Source: Balamuthia mandrillaris
Taxonomy: Eukaryota
Reading direction: 5' to 3'
Length of the DNA: 64,000 bases
NCBI GenBank assembly: GCA_031835245.2
Contig: JAVKOQ020000002.1
Coordinates: forward strand, 62,001 to 126,000
The notes beneath the pieces were generated by a model that saw nothing but the letters and a program-made list of their open reading frames with translations, was not told the origin of the DNA and searched no databases. A program made the position numbers and the translations under genes. This document shows, piece by piece, positions 36,002 through 46,910 of this stretch (its first letter is position 1; each line of letters opens with the position of its first letter).

Positions 36002-37578
36002 ATCAAAGATCTTTATTCCACGGTGCTCAAGTACTTGCGGGAGACGTACGGACACAGGAAAAAAAAATCAGGGGGAAAAAACAACGATAAAACTTCTCAG
36101 GCCCTTTCAAAAACTCGGCGTTTGCCGATTACGTCAGCACTTCCGCGATGAACCCAGGCAGTACAGGGCAAGTTAGCGCGAAATGGTGCCCAAAAGCCCG
36201 AGCGGGAGAACAATAAAAGACAACATTTTTTCTGATAATTTTATCGATATTTTTCACAGTTATTTGGGTGTAAAACTGTATTTTTTGGCGAACTCAGGCC
36301 CTTTCAAACATTTGCTTTGCTGTTAAACTTTTAAACTGCAGATACAAGCTGATTCAAGGCGAGCCCAACCACGAACTGTGGACAAGTGTAAGAATAAAAG
36401 GAAGACATTGTGGAAGATATTCCTATACCGGAAACAATGGAGGCAAAAGAACGAGAAGAAGGGCAAAAAGCGCAAAAGGTCTTCCTTGGACCACTCTTGT
36501 ATGAACGAAAATGGTGATGATGACGATGACGATGATGCTTACTCCCACCATTCTTCTTCTTCTTCTTTTTCTTCTTCTTCCTTCTTGTTCTTCTTCTTCC
36601 TTCTTCTTCTTCTTCTTCTGGTCAATGGTCTTCTTTTGGTGTGCAGGCTTCTCTGTCTTTTTGTGAGAGGTGGCAGGCAGCGTCTTCCTCTTCCTCTTCT
36701 TCTTCTTCCTCTTCCTCTTTCTCTTCCTTTTCCTCTTCCTCTTCTTCTTCTCCTTCCTCTTCCTCTGACCTTTTGTCTCTTCATGGCTATCGACCTGCAC
36801 ATTCGCTGGCAGCAAAACGGAGAAGGTTGATTTAAAACTTTTACTCTCTCTCTCTCTCTTTCTCTTTGGTTTTTGTTATTGGTGTCCCTTATAAAATATA
36901 CAAGGCAATCAACTACCCCAGCTTCTACAACTTAGAAGGCAAACCTACAATTGCGGGGAACATAGGGAAGGAAAGACAACCAGTAGAGGAAGAGAATGAA
37001 AAAAGTGCTGATGATGATGAAACTGGGATCGAAGAAGACGAGTGCAGCCTTACACTGACCTTGAAGTCAACTTGAAGCACTTTGGCATGTTTCGACGACA
37101 GACTATCTACCTTGTTTATCCGAAGTAAAAATCTTTTTGTTTGTTGCTCATTCTGCTTTTCGCTGTTTTCTGTTTGGTTTATTGGCACTGTGTTTTGTAC
37201 AACAACAACAACAAAAAAACAAGACTATTTGGCCGCCGGTAACAACGACACAGGAAGTTCTAAAGTTTTGGAGAATTTGAAAGAAAAGGAGTTAACATAA
37301 ACAAAAAGGGTCAGGTAACGTCACCAAGTCCAGTAGTTGGTTGGTAACACTATCTACATTTAGTTCCGGATGGTTGTTGAATGGAGCTCAGCATGCCTGT
37401 TCGTGATGCGTGATTGTGGGCCAACTGAGGAAAGGAGTTAGCTTTAAAATCATTCAACTACTGACCATCATGATCAGACGTTAGCTGGCCCAATATCTGT
37501 TGTGTGGTTTTTTTATTTTTGGTAGGTTGTCAGCAACACCAGCCTATGATCCTGTTAAGGAAAACATCTCCTCTTCCT

Positions 37579-38628
37579 TCAACGAAAACTAAACACAAAC
37601 ACAAACCGCATTCCATAGTCCAACAACAGTTCCTCGCCCACAGCAATGTCTCTGATGCATTGTACTACAACTACCAGATGATCCTTCTCTTCTTCTTCGA
37701 GGTGTTTGCGGTAATGCTGGGGTTGAGCGATACCCAGCCATACCTTTTCCAACTTGACATTCGGACTCGAGACTGACGATGAAGATGTCGGCACACCGCG
37801 ATAGTCGTTGATGAAACGCGCTTCGTTGCCAATCCAAGAGGCGTCCACTCTCATGCGGGAGGTCCGCTCTGGTGCCGACTGGGTACTGTAGTCCACGTTA
37901 TAGTAGCTTTCGTATTCGCCCACGTCCATATTCACCACAGCGCCAGCGTAGATGCAGACCACCTCTCCCTCTCTATACGGAAGTAGGGCAAAGCAACCGT
38001 GTTGTCCGTTGCATGGATGCTGCTTATCTGCTAACTTTCGTATCTCTAAGTAATCTGACAGTCTTTCTTCTTTGTCTTCTTCTTCTTCTTTGCTTTCATA
38101 AGATTCCGTTTGAAGCAGACCTCGAAGTCTCTCTAACAAAGAAGTAGGCCAATATAGTCCACTATCCTCGACGCGTCTTACTCGCAGCTTTTCGTTGCGT
38201 CGGAGGTTGCGAGTGGCCCTCACGAATATCCTAAACTTACCAAACACGAAGAAGCGTTGCAGCTCGACGTTGCTGGACTCTGGTCCGTCTTCTTCCTCCT
38301 CTTCGGCTTCGACGTCGGCTTTGCACGAAAGACCGAGTGCTTGCCGCAAGAGCAGCCGTCCACGGAGTTCGTCATCGAGGGAGCATTCACCAAGGAAGCA
38401 GCCGCAGCGGAACAGCCCATAGTTTTTGGTGTACAAAGCGGGACCTATGCGTTGGGTACAGTCCGATAGGCCGCCTTTTCTTTTGTAACAGGTTGGGCGA
38501 AGCGGTTCCGCGCTGTCCAGCCAAACCAAGTCCTCTGTGAAGTAAACATCGTCGCAGGGCCAGATTTTGGGTTGCCTTGTTCCCTCCACATAGGTTTTCG
38601 CTACTACTCCTTGTTGTTGCGCTGCCAT
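37579..38628 (-). CDS. SET-domain protein (appears intronless)
   Basis: HPCNGQHGCFA, GEVVCIYAG, VDASWIGNEARFINDYRG, and RDIAVGEELLLDYG. Confidence 0.88.
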   Translation of the reverse strand: MAAQQQGVVAKTYVEGTRQPKIWPCDDVYFTEDLVWLDSAEPLRPTCYKRKGGLSDCTQRIGPALYTKNYGLFRCGCFLGECSLDDELRGRLLLRQALGLSCKADVEAEEEEEDGPESSNVELQRFFVFGKFRIFVRATRNLRRNEKLRVRRVEDSGLYWPTSLLERLRGLLQTESYESKEEEEDKEERLSDYLEIRKLADKQHPCNGQHGCFALLPYREGEVVCIYAGAVVNMDVGEYESYYNVDYSTQSAPERTSRMRVDASWIGNEARFINDYRGVPTSSSSVSSPNVKLEKVWLGIAQPQHYRKHLEEEEKDHLVVVVQCIRDIAVGEELLLDYGMRFVFVFSFR

Positions 38629-38889
38629 TCCCCCCGTGATGCACTTTCGGTTCTGTCTTTGGCGTAACTTCGTTGAAGCAAAAAAAAAAATAAGATAGGT
38701 TTAGAAAACCTCTTTGTGAAACTGTAATCTAAACTACTATTCATATTCCTGAGCCAATCGGAAAAAGTGAATTTCTCATCACCGTTTCTATTATGGGAAT
38801 ATTTTTCCGAAATTTCGTCATCATAATTAATTTAAGGTAACCACCTTAAAAAGTGCCTCTTCGCAAAACAATTTCATTTTATAAGCGTT

Positions 38890-40586
38890 TCACTTTTCTG
38901 CAAACTGGTTCATGAACTGATTGAAGGCCTGCGCTTCCATCTGTACAACCACGGACATCAGCTTATTTTCATCATCTTCCCCTCCTTCTTCTTCTTCTTC
39001 ATCATTTCCTTCTAATGTGTCATCCGTAGGCTTCGCCACATCTCTGATCTCTTTGACCAAGCCGTTACGGTGGAGGAAGTTCATTTGGGCCTGTCCCGTC
39101 GAAGATGACACCGGCACCAGGAATTCATAGAGCTTGGTTTGTTTCCCATGATACTTGCGATGGATCCTTTCTTCCACGTGTTGCAACAGTTCATCGCAGC
39201 CTTCCCCTGTCTTGGCAGATATCAGGAAAACGTTGTCTTTCCTGCGCAGTTCGTCCAACAGTGCTTCACTGTCTGTGCCAGAGGATGTTGAATGCAAAGT
39301 TAGATCGTCTTCGTTTTCTGGCTGTTGACTTTGTTGATGTTGTGTTTTGTTCCGTTTTGCGAGTATGATGCTCTTCATCTGTTGTTTTGTCACTTCATCC
39401 AACAAGTCTACCTTGTTCCATACCTCCAAAAACTCTTTTCCTTTTCCTTCGCCAGCCGTCTGGTCTTCATCTCCGATTTGATGATAAGAAGAAGGATCAA
39501 CGTTCATCTGCCGCAATACTTGATGTACGCTCTCATTCTGGCGACGAGTCTCTGGATGAGTAACGTCACGTACGTGCAGCATTATGTCAGCATGATTGAT
39601 GTTCTCCAACGTCGCTGTGAAAGGTGCCACCAAGTCATGTGGTAAATCGCTGATAAATCCAACTGTATCTGCTGCTAATACTTTTGTTCCTGTTGTTTGT
39701 TGATAAAGCTTGTTAGTTATTTTCTCAATAAATAGCGTAAGCAACCAACCTAAAGGTAATCGGATTCCGCGCACGTGGCTGTGAAGAGAAGCAAAGAGCA
39801 TGTCATGGCTGATTAATGATGTACCGGCCAATCGGTTGAGTAGAGCTGACTTTCCAGCATTTGTGTATCCTAATAATGCTACTAATGGCATTTCTCTATT
39901 TTTCCTCACTTCATTAAAACCAACAACATTAGAAATGGAACAAAACAACGTAAATGATGAGTTGCTACCTTCTTGTTGCAACTCTCTGGACTTGGAGATC
40001 TGCCTTAGCTCCTGTCTTAGCTTCTTCTCGCGCTCATCCAGCTTTCTGCGTTCTAACTCCAACAAGGTCTCACCTGCGCCAGCCAAGAAGGCACCACCAC
40101 CACGTTGTTGTGCCAAATGGACGGATTGAAGGGCAGTACTCAAGTGCATTCGTTGATATGGCAACGAGGCTAACTCCACCTGACATTGGCTTTCTCTGCT
40201 CTGAGCTCTGTTATAGAATATTTCCAATATAAGCCTAAACCTATCCATAACCTATTTCATCGTTTGTCAAAAACAGATGCGAGGAGATGAGAGCGATTCA
40301 TTTTCAGTGGTGATGTTTCATTTTACCCTACAATTAAGTTGTGAGGCTAAGTTGAAGGTTTGGGTGGGCTGAAGGGAAAGGCTGTCGATGACCAGAATGT
40401 CGCATGGACGCTGAGCCAGCAACGCTTTCAGTTCTTGGATTTTGCCCTTTCCAAAGAATGTTGCTGCATTGATGGCATTCACTTTGATGACTTGAGCATG
40501 GCTTACTGGCCATTCCAATGCCTCCGTCAAGGCCACTAAATAAATTTTCGTGGGGCAACATTAAGGAGAGGGAGGAAGAGAAGAGA

Positions 40587-40622
<36 letters not shown>

Positions 40623-41643
40623 ACAAACCTGCTTCTTGAAGACGAAGTTGCAAGAACTCTAGGGAAAAAATAGATAGTCAGTATCAAAGCAAGAAAAGAC
40701 GAGTTCATGGCTAAAAGACCTGTCTTTGAGGTGGCAGCATCGTCTTTCTCAATGTCATCTTCTTCCTTTGGTTCTTGTGATACAGCAGATATGGTAATTG
40801 TCTCTTTGCTCTTCTTTTTCTTGTGCTTCTTTCTGTTGCCTACAAACGGGTGTATGATCATCACCTATTATCAAGAGGCACCACCACCAAAGCAAACCAT
40901 GAGCCCATATAGCGCTACACAAAGCAGAACAGCCACAGCCACCACATGGGACAAACAAAAAAGAAGAAAGCCAAACAGGAAGCAGAAGAAGAGGAAGAAG
41001 AAGAGGAGATGTGATGCCAAAACGTCAAGAAGAAGAAGAAGAAGAAGAAGAAGAAGAAGAAGAAGAAGAAGAAGAAGAAGAAGAAGAAGAAGAAGAAGAA
41101 GAACAAGAACAAGAACAAGAACAAGAACAAGAACAAGAACAAGAACAAGAACAAGAACAAGAACAAGAACAAGAACAAGAACAAGAAGAACAGGGAGAGA
41201 GCAAACAGCAAGAAGGCGCTATGAAGCGATACCTGTGGTGGGCGGTTAGGGTCTTGCCAAAGGCTGCCAGGCTTGAGAGCCTGAAGGGCAGCGTGCGCTT
41301 CGGTAGGTTCCTCAGGGAGGGTATCCTCAGCGGCGGCCCAGTCGCTCTGTCCCTTTTTTCCTTGGCTGTTCGCTCTGGAGAGGCGTTGCTGGCGAGAGAA
41401 TCTGGCTTCCAGCGTGGAGCCCGGTGAAGAGGAAGGGGCTTTGCTGCCCGTGGCAAACGTACGCCGCGAAGCCGAGGCAAAAACGGATCGGGTCCGTACC
41501 CAGGACGAGCATGTCCACTCCGCAGCAGGAGGGGATCGAACGAGGAGTGGTGTCCATCGAGCGCCAGAGAGCTGACCAGCCGGACCGGTGCGAGGAGAGC
41601 CCTTCCACCAACCGGCACTGCCTGCCAGTCCGGCCCTTCCCAT
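38890..41643 (-). CDS. hflX: HflX-family GTPase (organellar GTPBP6-like), multi-exon
   Basis: ATFFGKGKIQEL, DRFRLILEIF..RAQSRE, QQRGGG..GAGETLLELERR, G1 LGYTNAGKSAL, DMLFASL, G3 DTVGFI and G4 WNKVD. The N-terminal extension is transit-peptide-like and the start is uncertain. Confidence 0.92.
41027..41191 (+). repeat. Compound microsatellite (GAA)n-(GAACAA)n in an HflX intron
   Basis: Direct reading of the sequence. Confidence 0.95.
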
Positions 41644-41739
41644 GCTCCGTTGTGTTCTCGTTCTGCTCTTGTCGGCTTCTTCTTTTGTGTTGTTGTTGGA
41701 ATTTTTTCGAGGAAATTCAACCACAAACGGTTCTGAATT

Positions 41740-41957
41740 GAGAGAAGAGAGAAGAGAGAGAAGAGAGAAGAGAGAGAAGAGAGAGAAGAGAGAAGAGAGA
41801 AGAGAGAAGAGAAGAGAGAAGAGAGAAGAAGAGAAAGAAAGAAGAGAGAAGAGAGAAGAGAAGAGAGAAGAGAGAGAAGAAGAGAGAGAGAAAGAAGAGA
41901 GAAGAGAGAGAGAAGAGAGAGAAGAGAGAAGAGAGAGGGGGAGGAAAGGGAGGGAAG
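41740..41957 (+). repeat. 218-nt uninterrupted purine-only (A/G) tract
   Basis: There is no pyrimidine on the + strand from 41740 to 41957. The tract is made of imperfect AGAGAAG units. Confidence 0.95.
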
Positions 41958-42038
41958 TGAGAGAATCAGAGAAGAGCCGCACGATCTCTTGTGATTGCAC
42001 TTAAAAGTGGTTTTCTTAACAATTCAACAACATTTGTT

Positions 42039-43208
42039 TTACACTAGGAAACGAAGTAAACAGGAAGCGAGCAGAGACCCGCTGCCTCCGTGGTCCTCCA
42101 CGTCGGCCCCATCCTCAGCAGCCTCAGGAGGATCCTCCAGGCTGCCGCCCGTCACGCGCACCTGCTGTTGCAGCCAATCGGGGGAGATGCGGGTCCACAC
42201 GTTGGGGTAGGTCTGCCCGTTGGGGGAGGCCCAAGGGTAGTCCCGGCCGAAGCTCATCACGCCGATCTGCATGGGTCCCTCCCCGTTCTCATCCTCCAGG
42301 AACAGCGGGCCGCCGCTGTCCCCCACGGAAGCTCCCGACGCTCCAACGGGGTTGGAGGCGGCGCAGACCCAAAGCTGGGCCTCGGAGGCGGTGAACGAGG
42401 TGCTCTCGCCCAAAGCCTCGGCGGAGGCGCGAACGCTGGCTACGCACTCCTCCTGGGACTGTACGAACAGCCGACGCGTGATACGAAGAACAGGGGAGGT
42501 AGTGGCGGGGTCCCTTCCATCGGTGCGTCCCCAGCCCATCATGCTGACGGGCCTTCCCGTCCATTGCTCCTGTTGCTGCTCGATGGAGAGGGAGAGGGGC
42601 AGCCGCACGGGGACCAGCCCGCTCCCAGCCACCACCTTCTGCCTGAGCTTCAACAAGGCGGTGTCTCCTACCACGAAGCTATCGTCCCCTCGGAAGCGAT
42701 GGTCGATGACGCCGAGCTCCACCTGGAAGACCCGCCGGCGAGAGCTGGCCACCTCCCCGTGGACGCGCAGCTCCTCCTCCGCCTGCCCCACGGTCAGCTG
42801 ACGCAGGTCCCTCAGCCCAAAGACCGCTCGGAAGTCGGAGGCGGAGGCTCCTCCCACATCCGCTCTGACCTCCTCGAAGCAGTGGGCGGCCGTCAGCACG
42901 TACTGGGAGGCGATGAGGCTGCAGCCGCAGTTCCTGGTCCGCCAGATAGGTTGCCCTGGGTCCAACTGGGGGTGCACCACGTAGAGGATGCCCATCCAGG
43001 GGTACTCTTCCCCTTCCTCAACTACCTCTCCTTCTATGATCCGTTTGTGCAGCAAGCCTTGTTCCTCTTCCTCTACTTTCTGTCCCTCCGTTTCATGTGC
43101 ATGAACGCTGGTGGGGGTGCTGGTCAAGAGCATCAACACTACCAAGAGCAACAGGCCTTCTGCTACCCATGCCACGCCGCTTGCTACTTTCTTATTCTTT
43201 GTCGCCAT
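42039..43208 (-). CDS. Intronless trypsin-like (S1) serine protease, secreted
   Basis: Signal peptide, activation site KR/IIEG, YPWM, LTAAHC, DTALLKL, GWGRT, GDSGGPL, GVMSFG and PNVWTRI. Confidence 0.93.
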   Translation of the reverse strand: MATKNKKVASGVAWVAEGLLLLVVLMLLTSTPTSVHAHETEGQKVEEEEQGLLHKRIIEGEVVEEGEEYPWMGILYVVHPQLDPGQPIWRTRNCGCSLIASQYVLTAAHCFEEVRADVGGASASDFRAVFGLRDLRQLTVGQAEEELRVHGEVASSRRRVFQVELGVIDHRFRGDDSFVVGDTALLKLRQKVVAGSGLVPVRLPLSLSIEQQQEQWTGRPVSMMGWGRTDGRDPATTSPVLRITRRLFVQSQEECVASVRASAEALGESTSFTASEAQLWVCAASNPVGASGASVGDSGGPLFLEDENGEGPMQIGVMSFGRDYPWASPNGQTYPNVWTRISPDWLQQQVRVTGGSLEDPPEAAEDGADVEDHGGSGSLLASCLLRFLV

Positions 43209-43678
43209 TGTTGAGCATGTAGGTCTGTGTACTTAAGCTGAAAACCACAACAGCCGCTATCCTGTAACTTACACTTGCTTTTTCTGCCAAGAGAGTTCTC
43301 CAAAATGTGTTCTTGGAATGACGAGTGGCGATGAATGGGCAGAAGTAGTAGCCCCCAAGGTTGGTTTGGTTGACAAGCACGAAAGTGGTTGGGTCCACTC
43401 GCCCAATGAATGGCAGAGACAAACAAGACAAGCAGAGCAACAGGTTGTTGTTTTTAGTATTCGTTCCACAGGGGTTTGCGGGTGGAATTGCCGCCAATGC
43501 GCCCTCCGTTTTTCGCCCGCTTTTCCCCAACAGCGTAATTTCTTCACTTCCTCCGGAGATGAAGAAAGAGGAGGGAGCAGTTTGCGTCCAGTAGTTTAAG
43601 TGGCGGAAGACTCTTGGGGAGACCCTTCAAGAAGAACCGCACCAAACAAGAGTCCTGTTCTTTCTTTCGTGTTGAAAG

Positions 43679-44167
43679 TCAGGAGGAGTTGTTGTGTCGA
43701 GGAGAGGAGGAAGAAGAAACAGGAGGTAAGACGCGGGTAGCGCAGGCGTAGAGCTCCTCCAGCTTGGGAACGCAGCGTTGAAGGGCTTTGCCACCTTGCT
43801 CCGTCATGCAGGTGGCGTATTCCTCTTTGAAGCGAGGGCACTTCTCCCTCACCAGCTTGAAGCGTTGGCCCATGGCTTGCATGCATGCCACCACTTCCTC
43901 CCTCTCCTTCTCGCACTGACTCCTCCTTGCCTCCTCCTCTTCCTTGGTTGTGGCAGCCTCTGTGAAAGTGGGCCGGCCGTCCCTCATCACCAGCGAAAAA
44001 CGTTGTGGCCCGCCTCCGCCTGAGGGAGAGCGTTGGTTGTTGCACTGGTCCAGTCTGACCAGCTGCTTGTCGCAGGTGCCCACGAGCTCGTCAAACTTTT
44101 GTTGCAGCCGGTCAAAGGACTGCAGCACCTCGTCCTTCTGTTGCTCGCTGGCCCACCACCCGCTCAT
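43679..44167 (-). CDS. Small twin CX9C (CHCH-like) protein, probably mitochondrial intermembrane space; 3' end may be spliced further
   Basis: CPRFKEEYATC and CVPKLEELYAC form the twin CX9C. There are additional CDKQLVRLDQC and CEKEREEVVAC CX9C motifs. Confidence 0.65.
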   Translation of the reverse strand: MSGWWASEQQKDEVLQSFDRLQQKFDELVGTCDKQLVRLDQCNNQRSPSGGGGPQRFSLVMRDGRPTFTEAATTKEEEEARRSQCEKEREEVVACMQAMGQRFKLVREKCPRFKEEYATCMTEQGGKALQRCVPKLEELYACATRVLPPVSSSSSPRHNNSS

Positions 44168-44591
44168 CCTCTACCCTTTTTTTTTCGCTAAAGAGAGGAA
44201 ATCTGCAGTGCGGTTTGATCAATCTTTGTGGACAACCAACAAGAAGGAGAAGAAGGCTTGTGTTCTTCGTGAATGTAGCAGCAGGCAACACGATCTCCCC
44301 TTTCTGGAAAGGCAAGGAGAAACGAACGGCGACGTTTAGCTTGGGTGTGTGATGGTGGGTGGTGATGCTAAGCCCACGCTGCTACTTCAAGCGGGCATTG
44401 AAAAACCCTGCGCTCCTCTCCCTCGACCTCTCTCCCAGCAAAAATTAGGTGCCATGGAGAGGTGCCAGGACGGAGGAGAGGAGAGGAGATAGCACGGGCG
44501 ACAGGAGAGGGGACAAGAGAGAGGGCCAAACGAAAGGCAAAAACAAAATAAACGGCCCACCGTAGCAGCAGCAGCAGCAGCAGTTCCATCC

Positions 44592-46555
44592 ATGGAAGGT
44601 GACAAGGACTCATGGTGGAACGCTGAAGAGCTGAACAGGCGCTTGCAGCCACGACCAGAGCTGGCACTTACGAGGTAGTGCGGTTTTGGCATTTTTTTCC
44701 TCCCCCTTTGGTGCTTCATTACCAACCTGCACTTACGTTCTTGGCACTCAGAGCAGCGGTGGAACGTTGGCAACACAACATTGCGCTCGCACGAGCCTTT
44801 CTCGCTTTGAACACCCCTCCACTTGGCTGCCAACAGGCCAAGGCGAAAGCAGCGGAAGAAGAAGAAGAAGACTTTCCCGAGCTTGCAGTAATGAGGTGGC
44901 ACGCTGTCAAGTCGCTGGAGCGGTTGCTGCAGCAGCTGTGCAAGAACCATGGCTTGCCCTCTGCTCCATCCTGCGCCTTTTCTCGATGGTGCTTTACCCA
45001 AAAGATGGTAGAACCACACACTCGGGCCTGTGATCCTCTACTTCCTGCCTTTCCTTGTCTGTCTTCTTCTTCCTCTTCTCCTGTTTCTTCTTCTCTACCT
45101 TCTCCTTCTTCTTCACCATCATGTTCTTCTTCAAGCGGCTGGAAGGCGGATCCAGGACTTTACCACGAACTGTTGAAACAGGGACTATCAGTAGAGGCGG
45201 CACAAGATATATGTTTGAAGCTGAGCGAGGCTGTCGCTGAGCGAGCAACTGCGTTGGCCTCATTTCGAGAAGGAGAAAAGCGGAAGGAAGGTGATGGAAG
45301 CAGAGGAGATGAATGCGTGTGGAAGGAGATACGAGCGGTGGAACCGCCAAAACAAGAAGAGGAAGTGGTGATAGGTTTTGCAGATCATTCTTTTTCGATC
45401 TGTCGCAGTCACTATGAAAAGCTGGTAAGATTGTATGCAGCTGGTTTGAAGGTAGATGATGTTATCAAGCAGCGCTTTGTGCTATCAATGACTCGAAATG
45501 AGCGACTCAACGGTGGAGCCAATCGTTCTCTCCAAAAGAAGAAAGGAAAAGAACAGATGCAAGAACAAGAAGAAGCAGCATCAGACAAAGAACAAGAACG
45601 CGATGCAAAGGAACAGTTAGAATATTGTACACCAACGCATACAAGAAACGAAGAATCACAGCACGAAGCAGACAAGCACGATCAAACAATCGATCCGCTG
45701 ATGGACGACCTAGAAGAGGCATTCTTGCGAAGACTATTTTGCATGGTGGCTCGCTACGAAGGCCTTGGTGGTGAGGGTTTCCAAGCGGCCTTACCGAAGG
45801 AAGCCTTCGCGTTTTTGCAAGCAAAGCTGGGAGTTAGCCACGAGTGCTTCGCCTCCCCATTGAACTGCAGTCTGCCTTTTGGGTGTTACTCCTCTGCTTT
45901 TCCCGACGTGGATCGCTTCTTTGGCAGTCGCGGCAACTTTTTTCGTGAGGCACTCTTCCACGGATGGCTCTCTTCTCGGCATGAAACTTCAGAGCAACAA
46001 AAAGATGCAGAGAGTGATGATGACAGTGATATCTTGGAAGGATCTTTCCAAGCAAATCCACCATTTCTAGAGGAGACAATGTTGGCGTTAGCGCTGTGCA
46101 TGGAGCGATGGTTGGATTGTGCGGAAAAGAGGCAACGTCCTCTATCGTTTGCTGTGTTCGTGCCAGGATGGAAGGACACTCCCTCTTACCAACTGATGGC
46201 TGACAGTTTCTACCTTACCAAAAAGATGGTGCTGGCAAAGCATCAGCACGCTTACCTACCTGGCTTCCAGCATCGCCCTTCTCGACGCCGGCCCATTTCC
46301 TACTCGGACACGTTTGTCTTCTTTCTGCAAAGCAGCGCTGCTGCTGCTCGCTGGCCGATCTCTGATTCTATGCTACGCTCCTTCTCCGCTCTGCTTGAAC
46401 GCTCTTGTCCGCAACGTTCTAACAATCATCGCCAAAAGACAGCATCGAAGATGAAAACGAAAAAGATGGCGAATAGTGAAGATGCTGTCGTCACAAGTAG
46501 CCGTTCTCAGCACAGCCGGTATCACCACAAACGCGCTCCTAGAGACAAAGGATAA
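44592..46555 (+). CDS. PCIF1: PCIF1/CAPAM-like cap-adjacent adenosine N6-methyltransferase (intron 44675-44751)
   Basis: HYEKLVRLY, FLRRLFCMVARY, GFQAALP, ECFASPLN, SAFPDVDRFFGSRGNFF, GSFQANPPF, PLSFAVFVPGW, HAYLPGFQH and DTFVFFLQS. Confidence 0.88.
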
Positions 46556-46599
46556 CCAATGGATGGATCGAGCAAAGCCTTCTTTTATGTTATTTGCTG

Positions 46600-46873
46600 C
46601 TAAGAGAAGAAGAGGCCACTTGCTTCAGAGCCACCCCGCAGCGCCACTATCCTTTCCAATGCGGCACGGATGATGCGCTGTTCGCCCTCCCTCAGTACCT
46701 TTGCAAAGTACTTTCTTTGCTGGGCCAACGGTGACAAAGATGCGTTCTCTTCTGCAGCCACGCTGGTTGGTTCTGCGCCATCACTCTCCTTTTTGCTCTC
46801 TGTAACGTTATGCATAAATGTCAATACTTCTCATTACCATTTCTTTGTAGGAGGGAACGAGGAAAGAAGTGAG

Positions 46874-46910
<37 letters not shown>

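Noticed and set aside
34330..36400. DNA transposon boundaries around the intronless F-box gene
   Set aside because: I found no terminal inverted repeats, target-site duplication or transposase motifs by eye.
37330..37495. Possible structured ncRNA or Fanzor omega-RNA (stems such as TGGGCCAACTGA/TTAGCTGGCCCA and GTTGAATG/CATTCAAC)
   Set aside because: The stems are short and partly mutually exclusive, no RNA family motif is recognisable, and there is no TnpB/Fanzor ORF nearby.
42090..43214. 374-aa ORF antisense to the protease (similarly 10787-11575 and 16469-17020)
   Set aside because: These are shadow ORFs of GC-rich coding sequence with no recognisable motifs.
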